Part shown: positions 1 to 13,600 of the stretch, piece by piece
Layout of the letters: every line of letters starts with the position of its first letter
How positions within the stretch are numbered: the first letter of the stretch is position 1
NCBI RefSeq assembly: GCF_963921235.1
Contig: NC_086097.1
Location: 190,776,001-190,840,000, forward strand
DNA from: Mobula hypostoma
Taxonomy: Eukaryota
DNA length: 64,000 nucleotides
Reading direction: 5' to 3'
Made by a program: the position numbers and the translations under genes
The notes under the pieces: generated by a model
Seen by the model: the letters and a program-made list of their open reading frames with translations, nothing else
Told to the model about the DNA's origin: nothing
The model's database searches: none

Positions 1-922
1 TGGGGTGAATCCATTCTATTGAGCTGTGAAATATGATGTCTATGCATATAGAAAGATAAAGTGCATTGAAAAAGAATGTACTGTGAGGTTACAGTCATGG
101 TAACATATGATGATTATGATATTAATGCCTGGAATAAATCTACTTAAATTAGAAACAGTGATGATATCCTGACATACAGATTTATAATGTTAAACTCCTG
201 GGATCTAATGCTGAATCCAAAAATACATCATTGCTTTCAGTATTCTCTGAAATTCATTAGGTTTTCCTTAACCCACTATACGTACACAGTGGCCACTTTA
301 TTATATATAGGAATGGAATCTGGTGTAGTCTTCTGTTGCTGTAGCCCATCCACTTCAAGGCTCAATGCGTTGGCTTTCAGAGATACTCTTCTGCATACCA
401 CCATTGTAACATGTGGTTATTTGAATTACTATCTCTTTCCCATCAGCCTGAACCAGTCTGGCCATTCTCCTCCAACCTCTCCCATTAACAAGTCATTTTC
501 ACCCAGAAAAATGCAGTTCAGTGGATGTTTTTGTTTTTTGCGCTATTCTCTATAAACTCAGGAGACTGCTGTGCATGAAAATCCAGGAGATCACCACTCC
601 ATCAAGCATGACCAATCATTTCACAGTCAAAGTCACTAAAATTTCACTTTTCCCCTATTGTGATGCTTGGTCTGACAACAACTGAACATCTTGACCATAT
701 CTCTGTCTGACCTGTGATTTTTTTCTTCAAGGCCTCAAAATAAATTACAGGTAAAAATAGATTCTTGATGCTGCAATGCAACTTAAATTCTCCGAGCTTG
801 CTCATTTATCTGACCTATGTGACCTAAACTGATTAGTAAATGAAATGGTTGATTCTTCCAATAATAACTTTTCAAGCACAGTGGCCCCACCTGGGGTTAA
901 AATGAGATCACATAGTAAAGCA

Positions 923-1162
923 ACACACATCAAAGCTGCTAGTGAACGCAGCAGGCCAGGCAGCATCTCTAGGAAGATGTACAGTCGACGTTTCTGGCCG
1001 AGACCCTTCTAGCTCTTCTTTCAGTTAGTCCTGACCTAGGGTCTCGGCCTGAAACGTCGATTGTACCTCTCCCTAGAGATGCTGCCTGGTCTGCTGCATT
1101 CACCAGCAACTTTGATGTGTGTTCCAGCATCTGCAGAATTCCTCGTGTTTGCGTTTTTAAAT
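923..1162. mobile_element. Short foldback Penelope-like element remnant (two inverted terminal copies)
   Basis: Arm ~922-1007 is the reverse complement of ~1038-1123. Flanked by a perfect 15-bp direct repeat TCACATAGTAAAGCA (908-922 and 1163-1177). Same sequence as the termini of the GIY-YIG element at 57470-59231. Confidence 0.85.
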
Positions 1163-1205
1163 TCACATAGTAAAGCATGGCCATAGTTAAACAATTCTGT
1201 CCATG

Positions 1206-1645
1206 TGTCATGAACTCCTTGGAGCAGCCTGGCACTGGAGAGCATCAGGCCTCGGTCCTCTGACACATCATTGATTTGTTTTAAGTGACTGGTTTAGTCA
1301 TTAAGTTTTCCTTGTGCTTTTTCATGCAACTTGTTTTTGAATGTGTGTTTGTTGTGCATCCTGTTTTGAGTTGACTATGTTCTGATTTTGATATGCACAG
1401 GGTTCCCATGCAATATGCACTAATTATGTTCGTCATGACTAGTATTCATTGCTGAGTCCTGAATTTGGGTTTTGAGTGAACTAATATTCTGTGTACTCTA
1501 GCCCTCTCGAGTAAGTACACTTGAGTCATTTGTTATCTCTCTGTTATGTTCTTTGAATAAATCTTCATTGTTACTTTCCACCTTCAAGTCTTGAGTTTAC
1601 TCCATACCCTTGTTTTTTTTTTATTTTCCTGACGATCCCATTACA
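1206..1645 (+). mobile_element. Solo LTR candidate inside L2
   Basis: Termini TGTCATG...CATTACA; AATAAA at ~1557. Flanks CCATG and CCGCA can both derive from CCGCG by CpG decay; excision restores the L2 frame NSVRELKRSYR. Confidence 0.65.
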
Positions 1646-2779
1646 CCGCAAGCTCAAGAGATCATACAGAATAGCTGAGAGAAAATGGAGACAAACTGAG
1701 CTAGAGATCCTCTGTAATACTTTCAAGGAAAAACTAGCCTTCTTTAATGTTATGATACATTCTGCAAGAAAAGCCCATTTCCTAAGATTATTACAGATAT
1801 TCAAGAATTCATTCAAGATTCAATACTTGAATCAGTGATTCAAGAATATTGTTCTCAACTATAAATCGACTGTTGAACTCTGCATCAACTATAATGTTCT
1901 CAGCCAAGCATCTATCACAAACTATGAGGAATCCGCGATATTTTTTATTAACAAATTTACTTCTATTTAGGAGAGTATAGCTACAGCTACAAGTACGTAG
2001 AGTAAGTTCTCATGAAGGGATGGCACCAGGTCAAAATTTACAACTATTTACAATTAAGAACGCTGTAAGATTCTAACAAAGAGTAAACTGGCTACATACT
2101 GTCTCCACCCTGTCCCTGCCACACTTTTAAGAACTCTTTTAGTAGTATTTTCAATTCTGTTCAAAAAAAAATTCACACATTCCTTGAAACTGCAGTTTTC
2201 CCAGATGCCTCCAAAATGGAGGCTGTCAAACCCCTACTTAAAAGCCAAACCTTGATAGTGAGGTACTAGCTAACTACAGATCTATATCAAATCTTCCTTT
2301 TCTGGGAAAGACTCTTGAGCAAATCATTTTCAACCAACTGAACAACTTTCTGAATGAGACCAATATTCTAGAAAAGTTTGAGTCAGGTTTTGGAGCAAAC
2401 CACAGCACACAGCCAGCCCTTACTAAAGTCGTTAGCAACACTGATGCCAACAGGGTCTCAGTTGTAATTCTCCAAGATATAAGTACTGCCTTCACAATTG
2501 ACCTCAGCCTTCTCCTAGGTCACCCTCAGAACTGGGTTGGCCTCTCTGGTAGTAACATTCATTGGTTTTGCTCACATACCTTATAGAGTAAAAAATATTG
2601 TTTGCTTTGGAGACCCATTTTCTGAGGGATACGATGTACCTTTCAGTGTTGCTTGGGGAGATGTCTTGGACCCCCACCCTTACACTTCTCCTTATGCATG
2701 CTCCAGGAAGGAGACATCATTAAAGAGCATAAACTTGATTTACACAGTTATGCAGATAACACACATACTGTAAAATCCA

Positions 2780-3080
2780 ACTGGGGCGCCACGGTAGCTC
2801 TACGGAGACATAAGTGACAAGAGGGCTTGGCTTCCCAATGAACTCGTACCTTTTATGCTCACTTTGACTGCCAAACATGGAGGAGCCTTCACAAACTCCC
2901 ACAGACCCTGATTACCCCATGATTTCAATTTCTGAGGTCAATGTGACAGCATCCTTCAGAGAGAGAACCCATGGAAAGCATCTGACCCAGATTGGGTACC
3001 TGGCTGAGTACTAAAGATCTATGCTGATTATCTGGCTGGAGTATTCAGCAATTTCTTTAACCCTTTGCTTCAGAAGTCTG
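2780..3080 (+). mobile_element. Rex1/Babar LINE internal fragment
   Basis: AACCCATGGAAAGCATCTGACCCAGATTGGGTACCTGGCTGAGTACTAAAGATCTATGCTGAT encodes an NPxKAxxPDxVPGxVLKxxADxLAGVF-like motif that precedes RT. Confidence 0.6.
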
Positions 3081-4754
3081 TGCTTATAGGCAGTTACAAA
3101 ACCAGAAACTCAATTAACCCAATTAAGAAAGCAAAAAACCGAAACCCACTGTGCAGAGAAAGAGAGAGAAAGTAAAGACACGGCGTGAAAACAGTAGAAG
3201 CAAGCCAACAGTATTCCAAACCAGACTGAGTCCCAGATCAGCCAAAGTAGGCTCAAGCCTCGGTCCCCAGGTTTTACACCAGTGTGGCAGAAATGCACAG
3301 TAGCTGGATCAGTTCCACCGGCGATCTCTTTAATTTAAACAATCTCTCTCAAAAGATAATCTGGCAGGTTAGTGGTTCAGAACTAAGCTCCTGAACTGTG
3401 GAACTCAATACCTAAAAGTATCAGGGATGCAGACACAGTTGACACTTTTAAATGCCAGCTTGAAACCTACTTTAATTTTGCTTTTCCCTCAATATTTTTT
3501 GTCTTTTAGTTCTATGCTTGCATTTTATCCCATTGCAAAGCACTTTGAACTGCATTGTCTGTATGAAGAGTGCTCTGTAAATAAAATGATTATTATTTTT
3601 ATTATGTCTGCCACATGATTGGCTGATCATATATTTGCATTAATAAGCAGATAAACAGGTGTACCTATAAAGTGGTCACTGAGTATATGTGACTGCACAG
3701 TGATCAGCATGTTTGCTTCAACTACCCAATATGGACTGAACGTACAGTATTGCAAATCAAAGTATACATATTATGGATGAGCAACTTATCAGATAATATT
3801 CTTATTGTGAGATTAATATCCAATATCCCAATTCAGTCTGATCCTTGTGTTCACGATTTATAAGAAGGCAGACTGCTTCAGTTGTTCCAGCACAAAACAA
3901 CTACTAATAAACTTTTTTGATAAACTCAAAGCTGAAAAGGCAGAAAAATAAATTTCCAAATCAAAAGAAATTTCCAAATCACACCTTGTAAATCTCTGCA
4001 ATTTAGGAGATTCATCATGATAGATAGATAGTAATTATGCATACAGAAATGCTGAGATAATATTGTAAGATAAAGCAGGGCTCTCATGAAAAATTAATAC
4101 CAAAGGAAGTGATTAAAGTGGCAGGAGAAATAAGGTCAGATGGAAAGTGAGCATATGTATGATTTATTTTTTGTAACATCTGTGAAATTTATGATTTTTT
4201 TACATGACTCAGGTTTAAAATTTAATTTTAATTCCATTTCTTACTTATTATTTAAATATATTGTGCCACATCTACAGGATTGGGATATCCAAAATAAGAC
4301 ATAATGTGAAATCACATTAATGCAAATCATACTGAAGTACAGAAATTTTATTGTGCTAGTTAACTCAAGTCTCCTTTTCAACCTGCATCGCTTCATCCTA
4401 TGTATGTTGCCAACATTCTTTGTGTGTGTTTCGTGATTTTACAACAAAAGTCTAACAATTTGAGGCTTTACTGACAGCCACTTCTATCATTGTTGCTGAG
4501 CCTCTGAACTGACACACAACAGTGATTTCTCCTGACTGATGCTTCATACTCCGCATTATGACAATTTGCGCAGTCACTCTCACTTCAGCTCTGTAATTCA
4601 GTCCATGTTTGTACCAAGGTTGCGAACACGTTTTGAAACTTAACTTCCTCATTGGAACAGAAAAGCAAGGTAGTACAGAGGCCCTGACAGACTTTGTAGT
4701 GTGTCCAGTTTTGGGCAAAGATGTGAAGGAAAGTTCCCTTTTTATTCATTAAAT

Positions 4755-7460
4755 TTTCAAGATCTTGGTATGATTGTTAAGGCTAGAATTTATTGCCCAT
4801 CCCTATATGACCTTGATAACATCTTGACAAATAGCCTTCTTGAACCATGGCCATCCATATGGTGAAGGTACTCCGAAAGATCTCCTAGAGATTTGGAACT
4901 AATGAAGAATTAGCAATATATTTCCAAATCAAAATAGTACACAGACTGGAGAGGGTCTGCAACTGGCAATGTTCTCTTTTGTTTCATTGTGGCAGGATTG
5001 CAGATTAGAGTGCTGACAGGAGAGAACAGCAGTGTGAGGTAACATACGTACGCCAGTGGTAGGAAGAAATGCATGTTTAGAGTGGTTGATGAAGTGCCTA
5101 TCAAGCACACGCTCTGTTTTGGATGGTGTCAAGCTTCTTGAGAGTTATTGCAGTTTGCTCATATGCAGGTAATTGGAGGTTATCATACTCACATCTTGCA
5201 GCCTGGATAGGCTTTAGGATGTCAGAAGATGATTTATTTTTCTCAAGATATCCAGCTTCTGAACTGTTAATGTAGCTATGGCTTTTTTTGTGGCTAATCT
5301 AGTCCAAGTATCAGAGCACTGATGATATATAAAATGTTAACTCCCTTTTGTTGGAGGTGGGAATTGTCTGGCATCATTGTTACTTGCAATTCATCAGCTC
5401 CTGATGTGTGTTGTATATGTCTTTATACATGTAGAGACATAAGCTGCCCTGTGCTGGGGAATTCTGAATGATTTCATGCAATTCGCAGTAAACATGTCTA
5501 TCCTGAGCTTATGTTGGAAGTAAGATTATTGACTGAAGATGGCTGGGTTTAAGACTCTGCCCCAGTCATATCCTGGGTCTAGGAAGAGTAATCAACTACA
5601 ACCACAACAATCTACCCTTTGTGTTAGAGATGATTCTCACCATTCCACTGTTTTCTCCTTGAAAACATGAATAAACTCTTCTCGGGCTTCCAACTGAGTG
5701 CAGGTATCGATTTTAACTGGTGTTTCGATGACAATCTCTGCTACCTTCATCAGGGATGATGCCTGGGCATGTGCAATCTAGTGGTATTTATACCCCCGTT
5801 GTCCGTCCCTCCTGCTTTGTTAGTCCTCATCCATCAGGTTTCCGGTGTTTCACCCTGCTTACAATCGAATTCCAGTTCTTACTTAGAGTGAGACCTTTGA
5901 CTTTGTTAAAATTCTTTTCCTCTTGTTTTATTTCAATGGCTTCCTTCACCAGCTGGTACCAAAAGTCATTGGCGCAGCACAGTAGATTTGCGCCGTCGAA
6001 GTCAATCCTATGGCCATTGCGAATGCAATGTTCTGCCACTGCCAATTTCTCCAGATAGCACCAACAGATACACTTCCTGTGATCCCTGATGCCGGTTTCT
6101 GGCCAATATGTATTGCTCCACATTTGAGCTTCCTTACAGATTTGTGCAGGGTATTAATCTGGTTGTTTTTTTTCAGGATCCTGGTGATCCTTCCAGAAAC
6201 AGCGGAAATATAGGGAAGACAGGCGATAGTGACAGGTTCCTCCTCATGGTTAAGTTTCCTAGTTTTTCTTTTGGTGCTATTAAGGGCCCAATTGATTCCC
6301 TTCACTATGTAGCCATTCTGTAGGAATGTCATGTGCAATCTTCTTATTTTCTTGGGGAGACTCTCCGGGTCAGAAATAGTTTTGTTTTTGCACGGTTAAT
6401 CAGAGTAGAAAGAACTGCTCTATGTTGGGAGGTGTGATGGTGACTGTGATTGCTGAGGTATAAGTCTTAATAAGGGTGAAGGTCTCGCTCTAAGTAAGAA
6501 CTGGAATTCTATTGTAAACAAGGTGGGACAGCAGAAACCTGATTAGATGAGGACTAACCAATCAGGAAGCATGGACAACAAGAGTATGAACACCACTGGA
6601 CAAGACATGCCCAGGCATCATCCCTGATAAAATGGCAGAGTTTGTCATCAAAACTTCAGTTAAAATCGATACCTGTACCCGGGTGGAAGCCTGAGAAGAG
6701 TTTATTTGTCATACATTAGTTCTCACTATTGCATTTTGATTTTGCTACTTAGCAGCCACTTTGACCTTTGTTGCAGCCTCATGAGGCTGGCACACTATCA
6801 TTTTCAGGATGCCTGTTGCTGGTCTGAGCTTGTCCTTCTCTTCTCCTCAGTGAGCCAGTGTTGACACCCCTGGCTTGATAGCAATGACATTAATGGACAT
6901 GAGATTACAGAATATTGTGTACATTTCCACTGCTTACTATGGTCCTCAGTCCCTTATGGGTGCATTAATTTGAGCTGCCAGATCTATTCTGGGTCTATTT
7001 TAATACCACAAAATATGAAGATATAATCTTAGAGTAAAGGCTGGACTTTGACTCCTTGTAGATTATGTGTCGATCATGTCAACCAATGTGATCTAAAACA
7101 GATATATCTGCCACTGATAAATTGATAAGGATGAGATCAAGTAAGTTTATCCCTTGTGTTGGTTTATTCATTTCCATCTGGTATCTAGACTTTGTGCTTC
7201 AGGAAGTCAGTCAGTAGGAAATGCTGCCAATCTACCCTTGACAATAGACACTGAACACCCCTCCCACTCCTCATTCAGTCTATGTCCTGAGCTCTTGCTA
7301 CTTTCAGTGCTTCTTCTAAACGTTGTTTCATATGGAAGAGTGATGATTCATCATATGAGGGAGGATGGTTTACAACAGTCAGACGAAAGGTTTCCTTGCC
7401 CATATTTCTCTTGATACCATAAGGATTTGGAGAGTCTGGAGACTTTATTGAGAATTCCAA
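4755..7460 (-). mobile_element. Old degraded LINE remnant (CR1/L2 group, tentative), interrupted by a PLE at 5667-6712
   Basis: Resembles 45630-45855 and 60165-60830 (ATTTATTGCCCATCCCT...CTTCTTGAA...). Heavily decayed; no clean ORF. Confidence 0.45.
5667..6712 (-). mobile_element. Penelope-like element, 5'-truncated, with an inverted duplicate of its 3' end
   Basis: Minus ORFs 5946-6338 (FLQNGY...LPYISAVSGRITRILKK...IHIGQ) and 5827-6123 (AVAEHC...HRIDF...KEAIEI...NFN..KGLTLSKNW) match the PLE linker and GIY-YIG C-terminus. 6474-6712 is an inverted copy of 5667-5900. Confidence 0.85.
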
Positions 7461-9194
7461 GGACTACTCTGGAGTCCTGCCACCTATGCCATTCACATTG
7501 AAATGGCCTTGTAAGTCTCTCTGATAGAATTAGGTGAAAATGAGCTCTCAGTGGAGATTATCAGGGATGTTTAGGGGTGCAGACAGGTCTGACTCACACA
7601 TACTGCCTCCAATTCATTCTTTGTGTCTTTGCTATCATTTATGTCCTCCAAAGGTGTCGGAAAATTTCCAGTGGATTGAATTTGCTTCGCTCTTAATCAG
7701 TGTAAGAGCTTGTCAGAATTGCCCTGTGGATGCACAGTTTGTAAAATCGGACGAGCCTGCCAGTTATTTTCAGCTTACACTGTGCCTCACTGCTCTCTAT
7801 AAAGTCCAATGGTAGAGCAGCAGTTTGCTTTCATTGCTCAATATTTGATCCAGGAAATCTGCTCTCAGAATCAGCAAGAGGTGAAAACAAAAATAAAATC
7901 ACAATTTCATTTGTTTGAACAGGGGTTGTACTGCTGTAGGAAATGAATGGTCAAATAAATTACCTTGCATATTTTTACTCATTTGCTTTTGATTTATTTT
8001 TTCCCTTATTCAAAGGTGTCTTTAGCAGATTTATTTGATTATTCAATAGCTTTTCAATTATAGCAATTTTAGATACATTCTGAAACAAGAAATAAGTGAC
8101 AGATGGCAATGCTGGGTGTAGGGTTGTCAGTTAATGATTTTTAGAGGGGTTTAAAGGATGGTTTGTTGTGTCTCCATTACTCCAATATCCTTCCAGAAGC
8201 CTTGTTGCCTTTTATGTCCTCAATTGCTTGTTTAGACCAACAAGACTGATTTTTTTTGGGATACTCAGTGGCTTGAGGGAATAGGGGACACCGAGGCTGG
8301 TAGCTAGAAGTGGGAACTGCTCAGTGAAATCGAGGTCATCAATTTCTCTTCCTTAAAATGGAAAATCAGTTTTTAAAAGTTCAGTTTGATTAAGGCCGAA
8401 GCGTGCAGCTTCCAAAAGCAGCCAGTGCTCCATATCTGTACTTGTGATCATCTTCTGAAAGTAACTCGCAAGTAATTGAGGATTGTTGAGGATTGTAAAT
8501 AGATAGAGAAAGATTTGGAAAAATCTATTTGCAATTAGATTGAAGCATGAATATATATATATACACACACATCTATATTTAATAGATAGGCTTGTTGCAA
8601 ATGTTCAGATCAAAGCATTGTATTTGGCTCAGTTTCAGCAGTCCTATATTTTGACAATGAAGTACAATTTGACACATCAGTTTTGATATACTAATCCTAA
8701 ACTATTTGAAGCCTTTCATTAAAGCTGAGAAAGAAATTAATGTGAAAGCATCAAAATCCTGACCTTTGGTTGTCAATTAAATCTAATCACATAACTCACA
8801 CATTGTGATAACACTATTTCATCATTTGCTAACTTAATAGCAATGAAAGCTTTTACCAAATCAGAAAGAACAATCTAAATGAATACTAATGCGTGACCTT
8901 TGTTCATCTAGAAACAAAATCCAAGCTTGATGGATATTAGTAACACCGTAGGGTCAGGTCTAAAGACAACAGGCAATGACATAAAGGCGAAATGAAATTT
9001 GATCCTGGAGGTAGCATCACTAGCTATACAGAGGAAAACGTGAATATCATCGGATTTGAAGAAAAATTTGCCAATGTTTGAATAGAGTTTTAGCAACTGT
9101 GATCAAGTTTAAGGATTCAATTGTTTGTTATTTCTATCCTTATCTAGAAATTCTGTAACTATACTAACAAAGTATTAAATAATTTATGAAAGTT

Positions 9195-10232
9195 ATGACA
9201 ACTGTTCTGCACGTAACTGCAAGGAATGACAGAGAGCTGTGGACACAGCTCAGCAGATCACAGTAACCAACCTCCTTTCTGTCTATACCTCTGACTGCCT
9301 CAGTCAAGCAGCTAGCACAACAAAGACCCCTCCCACCATGAATATTCTCTCTTCTCCCTTCTCCCATCAGACAGTAACTATAAAAGCCCCAAAACATATA
9401 CTACCAGGCTGTAGGTTATCAATCTTTTTGATGGACCTATTGTACAATAAGAGGGAGCCTTCACCTCACAATCTACCTCATTTATATTTATCTTATATAT
9501 TGAGATACAGCATGGCATTGGCCCTTCTGGCCCTTTTCAGTCATGCGACCTAACATTCCTCCAACTTAATCCTAGCCTAATCATGGAACAATTTACAATG
9601 ACCAATTCAGCCACTAACCAGTACATCTTCGGACTAAGGAAGGAAATCGGAGCACCCAGAGGAAACCCACATCGTCTGGGAGAGAACATACAAACTCCTT
9701 ACAGACAGAGGTGAGAGCATTATGATCTTGCACTTTTAATTTACCTGCACTTCACTCCTTCAGTAACTTTTATATTTCATTCGGCCATCAGGCTCTTGAA
9801 CCAAAGGGGATAACTTCACTCAACTTTACTCACCCTAACACTGAACTGTTCCCACAACCTATGCACTCGCTTTCAAGGACTCTTCATCTCATGTTCTCGA
9901 TATTTATTGTTTGTTTGTTTGTTCATTTATTTATTTATTTTATTTTTGTATTTGCAATTTATTGTATTTTGCACATGGGTTTTTCATCATGTTGCACGCA
10001 GTTTTTCATTGATTCTTTGTGTCTACTGTGAAAGCCCACAAGAAAATGAATCTCAGGGTTGTAGTAGGTGACACATATGTATTCCGATAATAAACTTATT
10101 TTAAATTTTGCACTGTTATTGTTTTACTTTATTCTAGTTTAAAGCACTGTGCAATGATTTGATCTCTGTAACAGGATGCTTTACAAACTTTTCACTATAT
10201 CTTGGTACATGTGACAATAATAAATCAATACC
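9195..10232 (+). mobile_element. Rex1/Babar-like 3' fragments (two nested copies; inner copy ~9785-10110)
   Basis: Encodes NCSARNCK..RAVDTAQQIT...KAAS..KDP.H, a Rex1 C-terminal pattern. The inner 3'UTR is shared with 33505-34490. Confidence 0.65.
9495..9715 (-). mobile_element. V-SINE-like SINE fragment
   Basis: GGAGCACCCAGAGGAAACCCAC...GGGAGAGAACATACAAACTCCTTACAGAC is the reverse complement of the V-SINE-type body also seen at 22765-23010. Confidence 0.7.
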
Positions 10233-10651
10233 AGAGTCTATTTGGGTAGAACTCAAGCATATGAAGGATTCAATCATACTGATGGGATTGTACTACAGAC
10301 CCCAGAATAGCCAATAGGACATTGAGAAACAGGTAAGTAAATAGATTAAGAACATGTGTAAAATAATAGGGTTGTTGTCATGGGGGAATTTCAATCTCCC
10401 TAGTATTAACCGGAACCTTCTTAATGCAAAGGGTTTAGATGAAGCAGAATTTGTTAAGTGTATACAGGAGGGTTTCTTAAATAAATATGTAGATGGCCCA
10501 ATGAGAGGAGGTGCTGTACTGGACCTGGTGGTGAGTAACGAGCCTGGCCAAGTGACTCATCTTTCAGTGTGTGAGAAGTGACCACAACTCCTTAACTTTC
10601 AGGATAACTACAGATAAGAATAGGTATGCTCCTTGCAGGAGTGTCTTAAAT

Positions 10652-13600
10652 CATCCATCATCATAGCTTGTCATACCAGACAGCCAGCCACTCTAGTATT
10701 GTTTGGTTGATGTTGAGCAGGTCAGTGCCAACTAAACCAGGTGAGAATGGGCAGTTGCGCAGAACATGTTCAATATTCTGCACCCTTTCATCACACTCAC
10801 AGGATTCGCTGGACTTTAAACCCCACTTCACCATATTGTCTCCCGTCCTACAAACTCTTGCTCTCGCTCTGTTGAGAGTGCACCACTTCCGTCTGTCAAG
10901 CAGTGCCCCGTCTGGCAACATTTCTGTGGGATCTTTCACTGTATTGTTTGCTGGGGTTCTGACTTCAGTTTGTTGCCAGAAGTCAATCCTGTATGTTTGG
11001 GGGGATGATCTGTGTGGCAGTTCCTCCATTTTAGCAAAACTTTTCCTCGATTTTAGGCGGTTGGAAACTGGAACACGATGGTGTAGTGGGTGCCATGGAT
11101 CCCAGTTCTATTTATCTTTTTCAATTTTTGTTGCAGTGTGTTTTCGGATCTCTGGGGGAGCAATGCCTGCAAGTCTGTAAATGATGTTAGAGGGTGTGGG
11201 GCGCAGTGTGGCCGTGATTATTCGGCAGGCTTTGTTTAGCAATGGGTCTATTTTCTTCGCATGGGCTGATCTGCCTCACACAGGTGCAGAGTATTCTGCA
11301 GGTACATAGCAGAGTGCTAGGGCAGTTCATCTAAGTGTGTGAGCATTAGCTCCCCATTTCGTGCCTGCTGATTTTTTCAAGAAAGAATTGCGAGAGTCAA
11401 CTTTCCCTCGGAGTTTTTGGACGTGGGTGGCAAATGAGAGCATCTCAGTGTCACACCCAGGTAAGTTGGAGTCAGATGGTGTTCAAGCTCCTTCCCACAC
11501 CAGAAGATCTTGAGTTTCCAAGCTGCTTCTCGATTCCTTAGATGGAATGCACACACTTTCGTTTTTGATGGATTTGGGTTCAGAGACCATTTTTCATAAT
11601 ACTGCTTCATTGTTTTGAGGACTGCTGTAAGTCATACTTCAAATTCTTGGAAGGAGTTAGCTTGCGTTGCTATGTATAGGTTGTCTAGTAGATAAACCTG
11701 CGTGTGTTAGGAAAGGTTGGTTGGTCATTTGTGTAAACATTAAATAGTAGAGGTGCCAGGACTGATCCCTGTGGTAGTCTGTTCTTTTGTGGATGCCACT
11801 TACTCTTAATTCCATTCATTTCTACATAAAATCTGCTATTTTCTAGGAGGCTTCTTGTTACTTTGACTGTGGTTTCATTCTTTAACATTTTAGATAATTT
11901 CAGTAGAAAGCCTCTGTGATTCACAGTGTCATATGCTGCTGTTAAGTCAATGAATATGTAATTTGTCATATTTCAAAGCCACCTTCAATATACGGGTTAA
12001 GTTCAGAACTTGACCACAGCAAGAGCGGCCTGTCCTGAACCCAGCTAGGTCTGATGTTAGAAGATCTTCAACTAAGGGGGATATTCTTTTCAGTATGAGT
12101 CTCTCGTAGAGTTTATAGAGGGTGCAGAGCAAGGAAATCGATCTGTAATTTTTAGGAATGTTGGAATCTTTATAAGATTTTAGGAGAGCAACAACTTCAG
12201 CTCTTCTCCACTTTTTAGGTATTTTTAATTATCTTAGGCAACAGTTAAAAAGGGACAGAAGCCAATGGAGTGTTTTAGGTCTAAGATGTTTAAGGAATTC
12301 ATTAAGAATCACATCTACGCCAGCAGTTTTGTTGGATTTTAGCTGTGATACTTCATGTGGCAAATGTTCAGGGGATATTTGTGTGGAGTTCTGCATAAGT
12401 AGGCTCCAATGAGACAGAGAAGTTTTGGTAGGGTACAGGAACCGTGGTGTACAAAGGCTGTAATAAATCCAGTCAAGAAGAAAAGAAAAGCTTACAAAAG
12501 GTTCAGAGAACTAGGTAATGTTAGAGATCTAGAAAATTATAAGGCTAACAGGAACGAGCTTAAAAAGGAAGTTAGGAGAGACAGAAGGGGCCATGAGAAG
12601 GTCTTGGTGGGCAGGATTAAGGAAAAACCCAAGGCATTCTACAAGTATGTGAAGAGCAAGAGGATATGACGTGAAAGAATAGGACTTATCAAGTGTGACA
12701 GTAGGAAAGTGTGTATGGAACCGAAGGAAATAGCAGAGGTACTTAATGAATACTTTACTTCAGTATTCACTATGGAAAAGGATCTTGGTGATTGTAGTGC
12801 TGACTTGCAGTGGACTGAAAAGCTTGAGCATGTAGATATTAAGAAAGAGGATGTGCTGGAGCGTTTGGAAAGCATCAAGTTGGATAAGTCGCCGGGACCA
12901 GATGAGACGTACCCCAGGCTACTGTGGGAGGTGAGGGAGGAGATTGCTGAGCCTCTGGCGATGATCTTTGCATCATCAATGGGGATGGAGTATTGGAAGG
13001 TTGCGGATGTTGTTCCTTTATTCAATGAAGGGAGTAGAGATAGCCCAGGAAATTATAGACCAGTGAGTCTTACTTCAGTGGTTGGTAAGTTAATGGAGAA
13101 GATCCTGAGGGGCAGGTTTTATGAATATTTGGAGAGGTATAATATGATTAGGAATAGTCAGCATGGCTTTGTCAAGGGCAGTTTGTGCCTTACAAAACTG
13201 ACTGAATTTTTTGAAGATGTGACTAAACTCATTGATGAAGGAAGAGCAGTAGATGCAGTGTATGTGGATTTCTGCAAGGCATTTGATAAGGTACCCCATG
13301 CAAAGCATATTGAAAAAGTAAGGAGGCATGGGATCCAAGGGGACATTGCTTTGTGGATCCAGAACTGGCTTGCTCACAGAAGGCAAAGAATGGTCGTAGA
13401 CGGGTCATATTCTGCATGGAGGTCGGTGACTAGTGATGTGTCTTATAGATCTGTTCTGGGACCCTTACTCTTCATGAGTTTTATAAATAACTTGGATGAG
13501 GAAGTGGAGGGATGCGTTAGTAAGTTTGCTGATGACACAAAGTTTGGAGGTGTTGTGGATAGCGTGGAGGGCTGTCAGAGGTTACAGCGGGACATTGATA

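Larger units (their letters stand above)
702..3603 (+). mobile_element. Degenerate L2-clade LINE (RT region plus 3' tail) carrying several nested insertions
   Basis: Manual translation, reading through frameshifts: LKRSYRIAERKWRQT (~1652), VKPLLK..NLDSEVLANYRSISNLPFLGKTLE (~2225-2320), SGFGANHST, YADNT (~2749). L2-type 3' end GCACTTTGAACTGCAT...AATAAAATGATTATTATT (3540-3603). Confidence 0.8.
283..3687. mobile_element. Tc1/mariner-like non-autonomous element (MITE) split by a ~2.9 kb L2 insertion; left part ~283-701, right part ~3604-3687
   Basis: Left end TACACAGTGGCCACTTTAT (283-301) matches the reverse complement of right end ATAAAGTGGTCACTGAGTA (3667-3685) at 17/19 positions, with TA at the ends. 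No transposase ORF. Confidence 0.7.

Noticed and set aside
7670..7870. Short palindromes (CAGTGTAAG/CTTACACTG; CTGCTCT/AGAGCAG) as a MITE or RNA gene
   Set aside because: Arms are short with no clear TIR or TSD; possibly an ancient palindromic repeat but not supportable by eye.
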